This document shows, in pieces, positions 38,861 to 49,749 of a DNA stretch of 54,563 nucleotides (position 1 is the first letter of the stretch; each line of letters starts with the position of its first letter). A program made the translations under genes and the position numbers. A model generated the notes under the pieces. That model ran no database searches. It saw only the letters and a program-made list of their open reading frames with translations, and had not been told where the DNA came from. The stretch is from Octopus bimaculoides (taxonomy: Eukaryota). The stretch is from positions 33,144,978 to 33,199,540 of the forward strand of contig NC_068998.1 of the NCBI RefSeq assembly GCF_001194135.2, written 5' to 3'.

Positions 38861-39269
38861 GAGTTGGGTTCTAACATAGATCCAAGGCTCTTTCATTGGA
38901 ATTTCAATAACATCAACAAGATATTTTTTGCATGTATGTGTATATATGTGCAGTTTTTGGAGTTAGTGCATATGCAGATTTGTATGTTTTGTTTTATGTA
39001 TGTATTTTCATGCATATAGTTGCACGTCTAGACATGTGCATATACACCTAAATCATAAACTTCTGGAAAGTTTTACAGATTATTACAATTCCAGTGATGG
39101 CTTGGAGCTGTAGACTTTGAATTAGCTTTCTCCTTTCTGGTTTTGGAAGCTGATTTCTCGAGATTGGTACTTAGGCTGTTTGTTACTTATCTTAGTGCCC
39201 CAATAATTACAGGTATAAACCTGAACTTGTAATCTGGGTAGAGTAGCTGTAGATTTCTGAATAATTCAG
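38861..39269 (-). mobile_element. R4-like LINE 3' end, inverted relative to 37970-38350
   Basis: Minus translation ELFRNLQLLYPDYKFRFIP.IIGAL and a 3' UTR homologous to 38160-38350. Confidence 0.8.
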
Positions 39270-39562
39270 TGTGTGTGTGTGTGTGCCATAGTGGTAAGAT
39301 TGTTGAAAGTAGTCTCAACACTGCAATAAATACAGAACTTTTGTTCTATATTGGATGCTTTTCTTCTTAGTAAATTAAAAATCTGTTTGCTAAACAATAC
39401 AAGATTGTTTTTAGTGAATAGAATTTCATTTCTTCTTTTTGTTGCACAAAATGATCTTTTAGTTCAGAAAAGGAAGATGAAAATTAGAAGTGCATTGGCT
39501 ATGCTTTCCCCAATGATTTAAACATCTAGTTGAAATGGCTTCAAATGATAATTAAAACAATT
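38964..39562 (+). repeat. Segmental duplication copy A
   Basis: Near-identical (few substitutions and small indels by eye) to 40949-42066, including about 290 bp of non-TE-looking sequence after the (GT)n. Confidence 0.92.
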
Positions 39563-40110
39563 GTGCAGCTCTGCATTGCTTGAACTTTCTCACTATTACC
39601 TTAAAATATTGATTTTGTGCATTAGCCTATAGTTAACTTTTATAAAGGTAGGGCATCCAGCCATAAAAAACTCTGCCAAAACAGCTAACCACTGTCAAAC
39701 TGTCCAACTCATGACAGCATAGAAAATGGATGTTGAATGATGATGATGATGATGATACACACACACACACACACACACACATGCACGCACGCATGAACAC
39801 ACATATATCTGTGCATAAATATATATAAGCATGCCTAGATATATGCACAGATTCACTCCTTCCGTTTGATACAAATGTTGATATAGTTGAACAATCCAGC
39901 CAAATATCAATGTAACTACATAATATGTATGGGAAGAATTTATAATCCATGACTAATCTAGTGTGTATTTATTTGTGAATGGATTAAGTGGTCTGATTAA
40001 AGAAGCATGGCCAGTAGAATTGACAGGCATTCAGACAACTAATTGAAGAAGTATAAACAAAAGAAACACATATGAGTGTTTTGTACAAAATGTAGAGACT
40101 AACATTTCAG

Positions 40111-40172
40111 ATGGATGCCTTCATCACAGAAATATTTATATCTTTTCTAGTTACTTCTCTTTTGTTATGCAG
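40111..40172 (+). CDS. Candidate first coding exon encoding a signal peptide (MDAFITEIFISFLVTSLLLC[S]) of an unrecognised secreted or membrane protein
   Basis: Branch-like gactaac plus tttcag acceptor directly before ATG; 62 nt open, hydrophobic core; strong CAG|GTGAGT donor (phase 2); no TE similarity seen. Confidence 0.55.
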
Positions 40173-40948
40173 GTGAGTATGTATTTAACATTTCAACATT
40201 CGGAAATTTAAGTCAATAAAAACAGATTGTGTAGCTGTTTTATCTCTAATCATTATCAAAGATTATTCTGTGCAATGATAAATATTGAAAGACATGGCAA
40301 TTCACTGTGTTACTGATTACATATGCTGATTGTTAATGATGCAGCAGAGCAGAAATTAGCTCTCTAGTTCAGCAAACAGTCCATGACGTATGTCTATTGA
40401 AGCTTATAATAGAACTAACAGAGAAAATAGGAAAAGAAGAAAACTTCAGAGCCATTATTGATTTCTTTTGATTAGATGCTAGAACAAATTTTGTTGTGGG
40501 TAGTGATTGAATCCTCCCCATCCCAGTAATATATTACAAATAAATACTTTAATGACTATGATAGAAATTGAACTCAGGTTGTAAATGAGTTGTATTAAAT
40601 CCTGAAATATACACTTTTAGTGTTCTATCACGACTTCTACCAACTAACCTACATGACCATGCTACCTGCTAGAAATAGCAATTAAATCTTTCAAATCATG
40701 CTGCTATCTTGTAAGCAAAAAGTTGTTTTGGATAATGTAGTCTTTGTTACCTGATGCTTGAACAAAAGATTGAGATGGGGTATGATTATAAATGATTTTT
40801 GTTTGAGCTTAGATTTGCTCAATCAAAGTGGAGTTAAAACCAACCCATATACCACAAATCATGATTATTAGAAGCAATAAAACTGTTGTCATCCAGCTAG
40901 GTTTTACTTTTATCCTTCTGGAGTTGGTAAGATAAAATGGTGGTCAAA

Positions 40949-42066
40949 TAGTGCATGTGCCGATTTGTATGTTTTGTTTTATGTATGTATTTTCAGAGTG
41001 GTTGTGTGGTAAGTAGCTTGCTTACCAACCACATGGTCCTGGGTTCAGTCCCACTGCATGGCACCTTGGGCAAGTGTCTTCTGCTATAGCCTCGGGCTGA
41101 CCAAAGCTTTGTGAGTGGATTTGGTAGACGGAAACTGAAAGAAGCCTCTCGTGTATATGTATATATATANNNNNNNNNNNNNNNNNNNNNNNNNNNNNNN
41201 NNNNNNNNNNNNNNNNNNNNNNNNNNNNNNNNNNNNNNNNNNNNNNNNNNNNNNNNNNNNNNNNNNNNNNNNNNNNNNNNNNNNNNNNNNNNNNNNNNNN
41301 NNNNNNNNNGTGTTTGTGTGTCTGTATTTGTCCCCCCAACATCGCTTGACAACCGATGCTGGTGTGTTTACATCCCCGTAACTTAGCAGTTCGGCAAAGG
41401 AGACCGATAGAATAAGTACTAGGCTTACAAAGAATAAGTCTTGGGGTTGATTTGCTCAACTAAAGGCGGTGCTCCAGCATGGCCACAGTCAAATGACTGA
41501 AACAAGTAAGAGTAAAAGAATAAGAGTGTAGTTGCATGTCTAGACATGTGCATATACACCTAAATGATAAACTTCTGGAAAGTTTTACAGATTATTACAA
41601 TTCCAGTGATGGCTTGGATCTGTAGACTTTGAATTAGCTTTCTCCTTTCTGGTTTTGGAAGTTGATTTCTCAAGATTGGTACTTAGGTTGTTTGTTACTT
41701 ATCTTAGTGCCCCAATAATTACAGGTATAAATCTGAACTTGTAATCTGGGTAGAGTAGCTGTAGATTTCTGAATAATTCAGTGTGTGTGTGTGTGTGTGC
41801 CATAGTGGTAAGATTGTTGAAAGTAGTCTCAACACTGCAATAAATACAGAACTTTTGTTCTATATTGGATGCTTTTCTTCTTAGTAAATTAAAAATCTGT
41901 TTGCTAAACAATACAAGATTGTTTTTAGTGAATAGAATTTAATTTCTTTTTGTTGCACAAAATGATCTTTTAGTTCAGAAAAGGAAGATAGAAGTGCATT
42001 GGCCATGCTTTCCCCAATGGTTTAAACATCTAGTTGAAATGGCTTCAAATGATAATTGAAACAATT
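40949..42066 (+). repeat. Segmental duplication copy A' (with a SINE insertion)
   Basis: Matches 38964-39562 on both sides of the SINE at 40996-41528. Confidence 0.92.
40996..41528 (+). mobile_element. SINE family 1, young full-length copy with a gap in its internal microsatellite
   Basis: Complete head, core ggcaccttgggcaagtgtctt and tail; absent from paralogous copy A. Confidence 0.93.
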
Positions 42067-42339
42067 AACTCTTCTCCCTGCTAGAATGATTAACTCTTCC
42101 TGCTAGAAATAGCAATTAAATCTTTCATATCATGATACTCTCTGTAAACAAAAAGTCGTTTTGGATAATGTAGACTTTGTTACCCTATACTTGAACAAAA
42201 GATTGAGACAGGGTATGATTATAAATGATTTTTGTTTGAACTTAGATTTGAGCAAATCAATGTCATTGTAACATAAATTGTTTGGTAAATGACTAACTAT
42301 TAATGGTAAGTTGCTGTTAATATGATTATAATTTTTCAG

Positions 42340-42640
42340 AATCTTAGCCTCATGCTGGTAGATAAATACTTCCTCGTCTATGAAAGTTGCAGCATATTTC
42401 GTAGAAACAAGACCCAGATGTACCAATCAGATCCTGTCAAATGACCAACGTGGATGTGGAGAGCCTATTTAGAACGGTTCCAAGGGACCAAGAATTACTA
42501 GTGATTTAAATTGATTTATGGATGTATCGAAATACCAATTAACAATATTATGGAGATATTAACATGTTTAAGAATGGCTTACCTTGAAATGAAAAATGAG
42601 ATTTTTCACCAAGTGAAAATATGATTGTAGATTAAACATT
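42340..42640 (+). mobile_element. Penelope-like RT fragment
   Basis: MTNVDVESLFRTVP...IPINNIMEILTCLRMAYLEMKNEIFHQ matches the PLE RT motif DVESLFTNVP...IMELL..CL...YF..N...Y.Q. Confidence 0.65.
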
Positions 42641-42889
42641 CTGATCTCAGTAATGACAGACATTTGTAAGGAATATTCCATAGACTCTAGAACACAACAC
42701 TGTTAAGTACAATCTGATATGTGAAAAACATTTGTAATCTATTAGCAAAAAGAGGATCTAAATCCCTTAGAGTACATGAACTCATTATGTACTTCAATAC
42801 ATTTTACTCTAACAAGAGAAAACAAAATCCAGTACCATTCTTTGATGTAGTGGCACAAAAACAGAAATAGATGTCTGAAAATCTGTGTA

Positions 42890-43053
42890 GGTACAGGTAT
42901 GGTTGTATGGTAAGAAGCTTGCTTCCCAACCACATGGTTTCGGGTTCAGTCCCACTGTATGGCACCTTGGGCAAGTGTCTTCTAATATAGCACTGGGCTG
43001 ACCAAAGCCATTTCAGTAGATTTGGTAGAGAGAAACTGAAAGAAGCCCCTCGT

Positions 43054-43096
<43 letters not shown>

Positions 43097-43308
43097 TGCC
43101 TGTTTCTGTCCCCCACCACCACTTGATGACTGATGTTGGTGTGTTTACATCCCTGTAACTTAGTGGTTTGCCAAAAGAGATCAATAGGATAAGTTCCAGT
43201 CTTAGTAAAAAAGTACTTGGGTCAATTCATTAGACTAAAAATTCCTGAAGGTGGTGCCCCAGTATGGCCACAGTCTGATGACTGAAACAAGTAAAAGAAG
43301 AAAAAGAA
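42890..43308 (+). mobile_element. SINE family 1, full length
   Basis: Head ggttgtatggtaagaagcttgcttcccaaccacatggtttcgggttcagtccc, internal (GT)n, tail ccccagtatggccacagtctgatgactgaaacaagtaaaag. Confidence 0.92.
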
Positions 43309-43639
43309 TATCAAAACTAGACAAATTAAACTATCAACATCAATATAGCATTAAGAACTGAATTGTCAAATACTTACAATATTCCACAAAAATGATCTGC
43401 ATCATATAGAAGAAATATATAACCTGAAAATACATTTCTGAATACTACCTGATACTTTATATAAAATATCCATAGCTACTCTCAAACACAAAGCAGCTGT
43501 TTAACCAAATTCCATTGTTTTAACTTTCTATAAAATATTGTTTGAAAAAAAATTCAGTGAGTCTGCAACAGCTTTATCATCAGAACTATCATCAAGAGTA
43601 ATGCTACACTTGTCAGATTTGTTCTAATCACTCTTTCCT

Positions 43640-43870
43640 AAGAGTGTTCCGAACATAAGTGCTGCATCTATATCAACCTATGTACTTGCAAGTCTTACAA
43701 AGGAAAAATATGGAGGCCATACAGATCAGCATACAGAGGAACATCAGAAAGGCTTTATGCAAAGAGAAACATCTAAGTCAAGAATGGTTGAACAAATATG
43801 GAACCAAAAAAAAAAAAAATGGAAATCATATGCTGCTATGGAATGTAATGATCAGAATTGAGATAGGTTC
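43640..43870 (+). mobile_element. Penelope-like GIY-YIG fragment, possibly the same element as 42340-42640
   Basis: YINLCTCKSYKGKIWRP / EEHQKGFMQRETSKSRMVEQIWN, homologous to the 24995-25507 remnant. Confidence 0.65.
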
Positions 43871-44050
43871 AGAGTAAAAAGTAGATATTAAAAACGAGCA
43901 TTTCATATGAATCTTGCTCACAATCTAATCAGCAATAAGCTAGAGCTTGGGGATGGGCAAAAGCAAGTGAATCAGCATGAGCCTTAGATTTTGAGGATTT
44001 CCTCCTGCTAGAGGTAAAATAAAATCTTTTAGCAAAGAGTAATCTTTCTA

Positions 44051-44264
44051 CGAGGGGGTGCTGAAAAGTTCCTGGGTTTAAAGGTATTGCAAAAGGTCTG
44101 GTTGAAAGCCCAATATTCTGAGTTCTTTTACAGGGCTTAGAAAAACTGGAGGACTGCTACAATAAGTGTGTGAATCTGAGAGGGGAACATGTTGAGAAAA
44201 ATCATAACTGATCCTCCTGAATTTTCTTTAACTCAAGGCCAAGAACTTTTCAGCACCCACCTCA
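44051..44264 (+). mobile_element. Mariner-derived MITE
   Basis: About 26-bp TIRs (cgagggggtgctgaaaagttcctgg / ccaagaacttttcagcacccacctca), TA on both sides, internal transposase end GLRKLEDCYNKCVNLRGEHVEK. Confidence 0.9.
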
Positions 44265-44393
44265 TATGTAAATTGGTGTCATCCTTTTATTTTGTTCTAT
44301 TACTTGTAAGTATGTCATGTACACTACATGAACATATAACCAAAATTCATGCATAATTTATTTGCATTTAGCAATGATTACTAAAATATTTAA

Positions 44394-44613
44394 CCCTCTA
44401 GCATTTAAACCAGCCATATCTGACCAAAACGTTCTACCTCATTTATGTAGAAACTGGCTGGTTCCAACATCTCACACCTACCATGCAATATCATTCTAAA
44501 AATAAACAGTCTGACCATTGAACTCTAGAAGCTACAAGATAATGCAAGTTCAATTGAAAACAATTTGAATAAATAAGAATTACATTTGACTGAATAATCT
44601 GAATACTAAAGAG
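44394..44613. mobile_element. piggyBac-type MITE, older copy
   Basis: TTAA-ccctcta...taaagag-TTAA; alignable with 51774-51995 along its length. Confidence 0.75.
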
Positions 44614-45985
44614 TTAACGAACAAAATTAAACGAGGCCTACATTTCTATCAAAGTGAAACCTACATTTCACATCCAATCTGAACTACTATCAACTAGATT
44701 TGCACGAGCCTCAGTAAGCCCCAAATCAGCTGCCTAAATATGACTGACATTGCTGAAATGTAAATATAATATCCACAGAATATAACATTAATTTAAAAAA
44801 TATCAATATTAGTGCAATTAATTTAAAAATAAAGGTTTCTGGTTCAAATTCAGTGTTGTGCTGTTTTTATATCTATGAATAAGACATTAAATAATGATCA
44901 GACATAGAACCATTTGAAACATAGTGTAATGAAAAATATTGAAAGTTTTCATCTAAAGCAAATAACCTGAAAATTATAAATCTTACAGATTGTTTGGTTC
45001 TGTATATTTTCATGAATAATGGAAACGAATTGTGTTGACATCACTCATGCAGACCAGTGGATTCTTCATCATGGAGCTATTTATCTTTCCAATACTCTGG
45101 AAATATAAATATATTGTTCTTGTTGATTTGATCTGAAATTCAGATGTGATCAATGATTCTTGTTACGACCATCAAACCTTAAATAGAAGCTCTTTTGTTA
45201 GATTGCTGAAACACATGTTTATTCTCAGCACCTTTGCAACATACTGTATTCATTCAGTTCAATATATGACAGCATATTATATCTTATTCTTTTATTTGTA
45301 TTGGTTTCACTTATTGAATTGTTGCCATACCAGGGCACCATTATCTTCAAGGGTTTTAGTTAATGACATCAGCTCCAGTTCTTATATTACTATGGTACTT
45401 AATTTATTGATATCTATTGATTAATTAACATTTTACTTCTATTTCTTTTATAGCTATGTTATTTGGCTCATTGATTTACCTAGTACACACACACACATTA
45501 TACGGGTCTTTCTTGTAAGTTTGTCAATTTCACTCATAAAGAATTCATTAATCTGGTATGATCAAGATGCTATGTACTACAATCAAATCTGGAAACCATG
45601 TAATTCCAAAAATGGCTCTGTCTGTATCTTAGTGTATGAGATTATGTTTAAATTTCTTGAGATTAAATAAATATATATATATATATATATATGACCTTGT
45701 ACTTTTGAAAGTCACATGACTGGCAGTGACTTTCCTGTCTTCAAGTTGAGTCATTGCCTTTGAAAGTACTAATAAATTGGCAGTAATTTAGAACAGCTAA
45801 TAGGTAAACAGACTGCAAATGACATCTGCTGGTTTGAGTATTAGTTGGAAGAAATCCGTAATTAGAAGTAATATGTCAGCAATAGTGCCAGTACTACCTC
45901 CGAGGCATTTTCCATCTCCATATGTTACCATTTTTACAATATTTTTCTGGAGCAGTTAGAATAAGGTGTCTTACTTTTGATGCAG

Positions 45986-45996
45986 TTTCAATGGTA
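45986..45996 (+). CDS. Candidate 11-nt micro-exon (phase 2 to 1)
   Basis: tcttacttttgatgcag|tttcaatggta|gtaagt; phase-compatible with exon 40111-40172. Splice signals only. Confidence 0.15.
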
Positions 45997-47090
45997 GTAA
46001 GTGAGAATATTCAGGGAATGTTGCCATTACATTTTTAGATTATTTCTATTTATGGTTTCTACGGCTGGTTGCCCATCCTAATGTCAAATAATTATTTACA
46101 ATATATTACCATCTAAACATATGACATTTCTCTTATACAAAAGCAGCAGTAATACTCCTGTGAGTATTAATAGCTTTTTAAATGGGAAGACAGTAAAGTA
46201 TTTCATCATTGGAATTACTAGTTGAATGACCTCATTAGGATTTCTATATTTTAGAACTGTTAAGAGGGTATTTTAGACTACTAATCCCATGGGTAATCAC
46301 AGTTAACTGAAGTTTTTCAACTCAATATATATAATATATGTTAGACCCCAATGAATGCATATCATTAATAAATATGACAGAGTAAGTCTTTGCTTTATCT
46401 GGACACATGATTGATATTGCTATTATTCTATGAATTTACCATCAAATGCTATGTTGTAATTTTAGATGATGTTAAATTCTCAATACTCCATTATAATATA
46501 CAATACAATGGCATCTTAATTAGAGACAAACATAAATTCAAATTTCAAACTTAATGGTCGGATGAGTAAAACACAATGAGCATAAATCAATGTAAATTAG
46601 AAAGCATTCAGTTTCCTGACACATGAATACCACTGTTTATATGTTCTACATATCAAACAGACAATTTCAACAGATTGTAGCTTTCAACATTATATTTTGT
46701 ACTGTTGCTCATGTAACAGAACTTGAAAGCGTAACACATTTGTTTTAACATCATACCATTAATCTTTACAAATGCACAAAAGAGATGTACATTGGTGTGT
46801 TGTAAAAGTAGAAACCAAATGTTTGAGATGGAAACCAGACAATTATCTGCTTTATCTCTCTCCTTCTCTCTCTCTCTCTCTCTCTCTCCCCCAACACATA
46901 TACACACACATACGCACACACACACACACTCACTCACTCACTCATTCACTCACTCCCCCCTCTCTCTCTTACTGTTTGGATGAATTTAATCAAGAACTCC
47001 ATTAGTAAAAAAGTTAAATATAATATTTATAGAATACTTTGTGTATTTATCACACATGCAGTTTTGCAAATTTCTTACTTGCATGATCAG

Positions 47091-47124
47091 AGAAATTTCA
47101 CAAAACTCAGGCTAGCAACAGAAA
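47091..47124 (+). CDS. Candidate 34-nt exon (phase 1 to 2; KFHKTQASNR)
   Basis: tttcttacttgcatgatcag|...aaa|gtaatc; open in the frame that links to 47238. Splice signals only. Confidence 0.15.
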
Positions 47125-47237
47125 GTAATCTTAGTCTCAGCACTGTAATAAATAATTACACTCTGCTTCTGTGTTGAGTACTTCATCTTAGTGGTAATTT
47201 TAAACAGATACTTATATTTGTATTCACAATTTTCCAG

Positions 47238-47282
47238 TGCTCAGGATACTCCTGTACATGAGTTCTGTGTAAAGACCTATAT
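47238..47282 (+). CDS. Candidate 45-nt coding exon (AQDTPVHEFCVKTY)
   Basis: ttttccag acceptor, gtatgt donor; the phase-2 frame is the only open one and gives ...LLLCS-AQD, a plausible signal-peptidase site when joined to 40172. Confidence 0.4.
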
Positions 47283-47527
47283 GTATGTAGTGTGTGTGTG
47301 TTTTTTCTTTGGGATTTATTTGAGCTTTCTGGTAGTATTCAATTTAGTTGTTACCAAAGTATCAAGAGAACACTTGTTACCTGAATTAGCCGGTGCGTGC
47401 GTATATATGTTGGTATGTTCATATAATGTGTTGTACAGTACATATCACTTTAGTACACAAGTATGTGCTTTATTCTTTCTGTGTATGTGTATTCCATATG
47501 TTCATGTAAGAGTGTGCATGTTTTCAG

Positions 47528-47557
47528 CTCAGGAGTCTCAAATGGCAAATCCTTAGA
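47528..47557 (+). CDS. Candidate 30-nt exon (ISGVSNGKSL[E])
   Basis: gtttttcag acceptor, open in phase 2; weak gtattt donor. Confidence 0.2.
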
Positions 47558-48549
47558 GTATTTTACAGATTTTCTTGTACTTCTAGTTGTTTGTATTACA
47601 AAAATGTGATTCAGTTTGCTCTATTCTCTTTTTTGAAGAACCCCAGTATTTTTAAGGTTTTTAATAGCACATAAAAAAAGCACTTAGTCCACTCTGTGGA
47701 GTGGTTGGTGTTAGGAAGAGTATCCAGCCATAAAAACCCTACCAAAACAGACACAGTAGCCTAAGGAAGCCTTCTACCTGGCAGGCTCCTGTCAACCATC
47801 CTACTCATGCATGGAAGGTGGATGTTAAACAATGATGATGATGATGATGATGATCTGTGTTATGTAGCTCACTGCACTTTTGATAGAACTGAAAATCTAT
47901 TTCCCAAATATTAGAAAATAGGTTTATCATTAGTTCTCTAGAAATTATAAGATGTTCACAGTAGTCAGGTGAACACAATAACAGTGCATGGTTTTTCTTC
48001 TTTAAACCTTACAACAATGCATCCTGTTGTGCTTTGACCAGGCTGCTGTTTTTCATAGAATGTTCTGCTACACTTCTTTATTTTTGAAGGTGTGCATACA
48101 TTCTGGTCCTGATATGACTTTAATGTAATCTGCAGGACAATAATTCCTGCACAGCATTGTAAACAGTTATAGCAACAATGTCAGGTCTTGTGGAAATAGA
48201 TTTACCCCTTCCACAGATTTCCTCCATGATTAGAGATTGGCATTTCTTTATGCAGTTGTTCTCATCCATATGCATCAGGTGTCCATACCAGCACAGCTTT
48301 CTCTCTTGCACACTACATCTGATGATGTATTTTCAAATCATCTCAGCAGACTGAGATGAAAGTACAACCCCCTTAAAACCTAACGGTATATCTTTTTTAC
48401 TTCTCTGATGAGATTTTGCTTAATACAATGATTTAATTATTGTACTTTAATCTTTTAATCTACATTGAAACAACTGTAAGAGAGTATGTTGGATTTTTGC
48501 AGTTAATAAATCATATTAATGCTACATCTCCGTTTTCTAAATTTTCTTT

Positions 48550-48582
<33 letters not shown>

Positions 48583-48585
48583 GTG

Positions 48586-48642
<57 letters not shown>

Positions 48643-48695
48643 ATGTATGTGTGTGTATACACACATATATATATATATATGTATATATATATATG

Positions 48696-48727
<32 letters not shown>

Positions 48728-48728
48728 T

Positions 48729-48976
48729 GTATGAGTTGTTTTTAGATGAAAAAGGCTGTGAAATGATCTTAGTTATATGGATATCAATTGGTGAAATGAA
48801 TTTTTTCATCTTATACCTCCTCTCTTTCTTTATATTTCATATGTATATGTATGTACATATACATATGAAATATAAAGAAAGAGAGGAGGTATAAGATGAA
48901 AAAATTCATTTCACCAATTGATATCCATATAACTAAGATCATTTCACAGCCTTTTTCATCTAAAAACAACTCATAC
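48729..48976. repeat. Perfect palindrome, 123-bp arms, 2-nt spacer
   Basis: 48729-48851 is the exact reverse complement of 48854-48976, checked base by base. Confidence 0.97.
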
Positions 48977-49170
48977 CTCCCCTCTTTCTTTATATTTTAT
49001 ACACTCCCAACGAAATAATCAATATCAATTGGATTTATTGGATTTCAACTGTATTCGACACTTACATTATATCCCTTTGTTTTGTTTTCGTTTACACTGT
49101 GTCTTGTAACCTGATCCATTAAGGAGCATTTTTTATAAGTACCACCAGATTAATATATCTATACACACAC

Positions 49171-49212
49171 ACAGGGTGGGCCAAACATTACATAACTTAT
49201 GGCCCACCCTGT
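49171..49212. mobile_element. 42-bp Tc1/mariner-like TIR pair (minimal MITE)
   Basis: acagggtgggcca ...16 nt... tggcccaccctgt within a TA/CA context. Confidence 0.6.
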
Positions 49213-49215
49213 ATA

Positions 49216-49280
<65 letters not shown>

Positions 49281-49749
49281 TAGTCTTTCATTGGTTGTTA
49301 TTTTATATTGCAAGGGAGAGAACTATTTTGTTAGGAATCAATTTTATGTTTTCATCTCAACTACAAAGTTCTTAATATTCATAGACAGAAGCTGCTATTT
49401 CAATCTTAATTTAATTTCAAAGCTACAACATAATTAGGGTTGCATTAATTACAGAGATGTTGAAAAGAGGATATTTGGTGTTAAATTTTTTTACCAAAAG
49501 AAATTCACCATATTTCATAGTTCATTAGTTGCAGAGAAAGAGAGGTAAATCTAATTTAAAAACAACATACAAATGTAGAAATTAGTTGAAACAGTTCCAA
49601 TTTATTTTCTTCTCTGCTGGAATAACTGTAACCAAAGAGTTCACAGACCATCTCTCATCAGTGCACTTCTAACTAGAAGATACTTAATTCTAACCAATTT
49701 AAGTACGTTATCATTCTCCCATGTGTTGCAAAGGCAATAAACTACTCAG

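Noticed and set aside
43270-43295. CTGATGA-ct-GAAAC-aa-GTA in a SINE tail
   Set aside because: No stem II or stem I, and other copies read cagtcaaatgactg; chance match.
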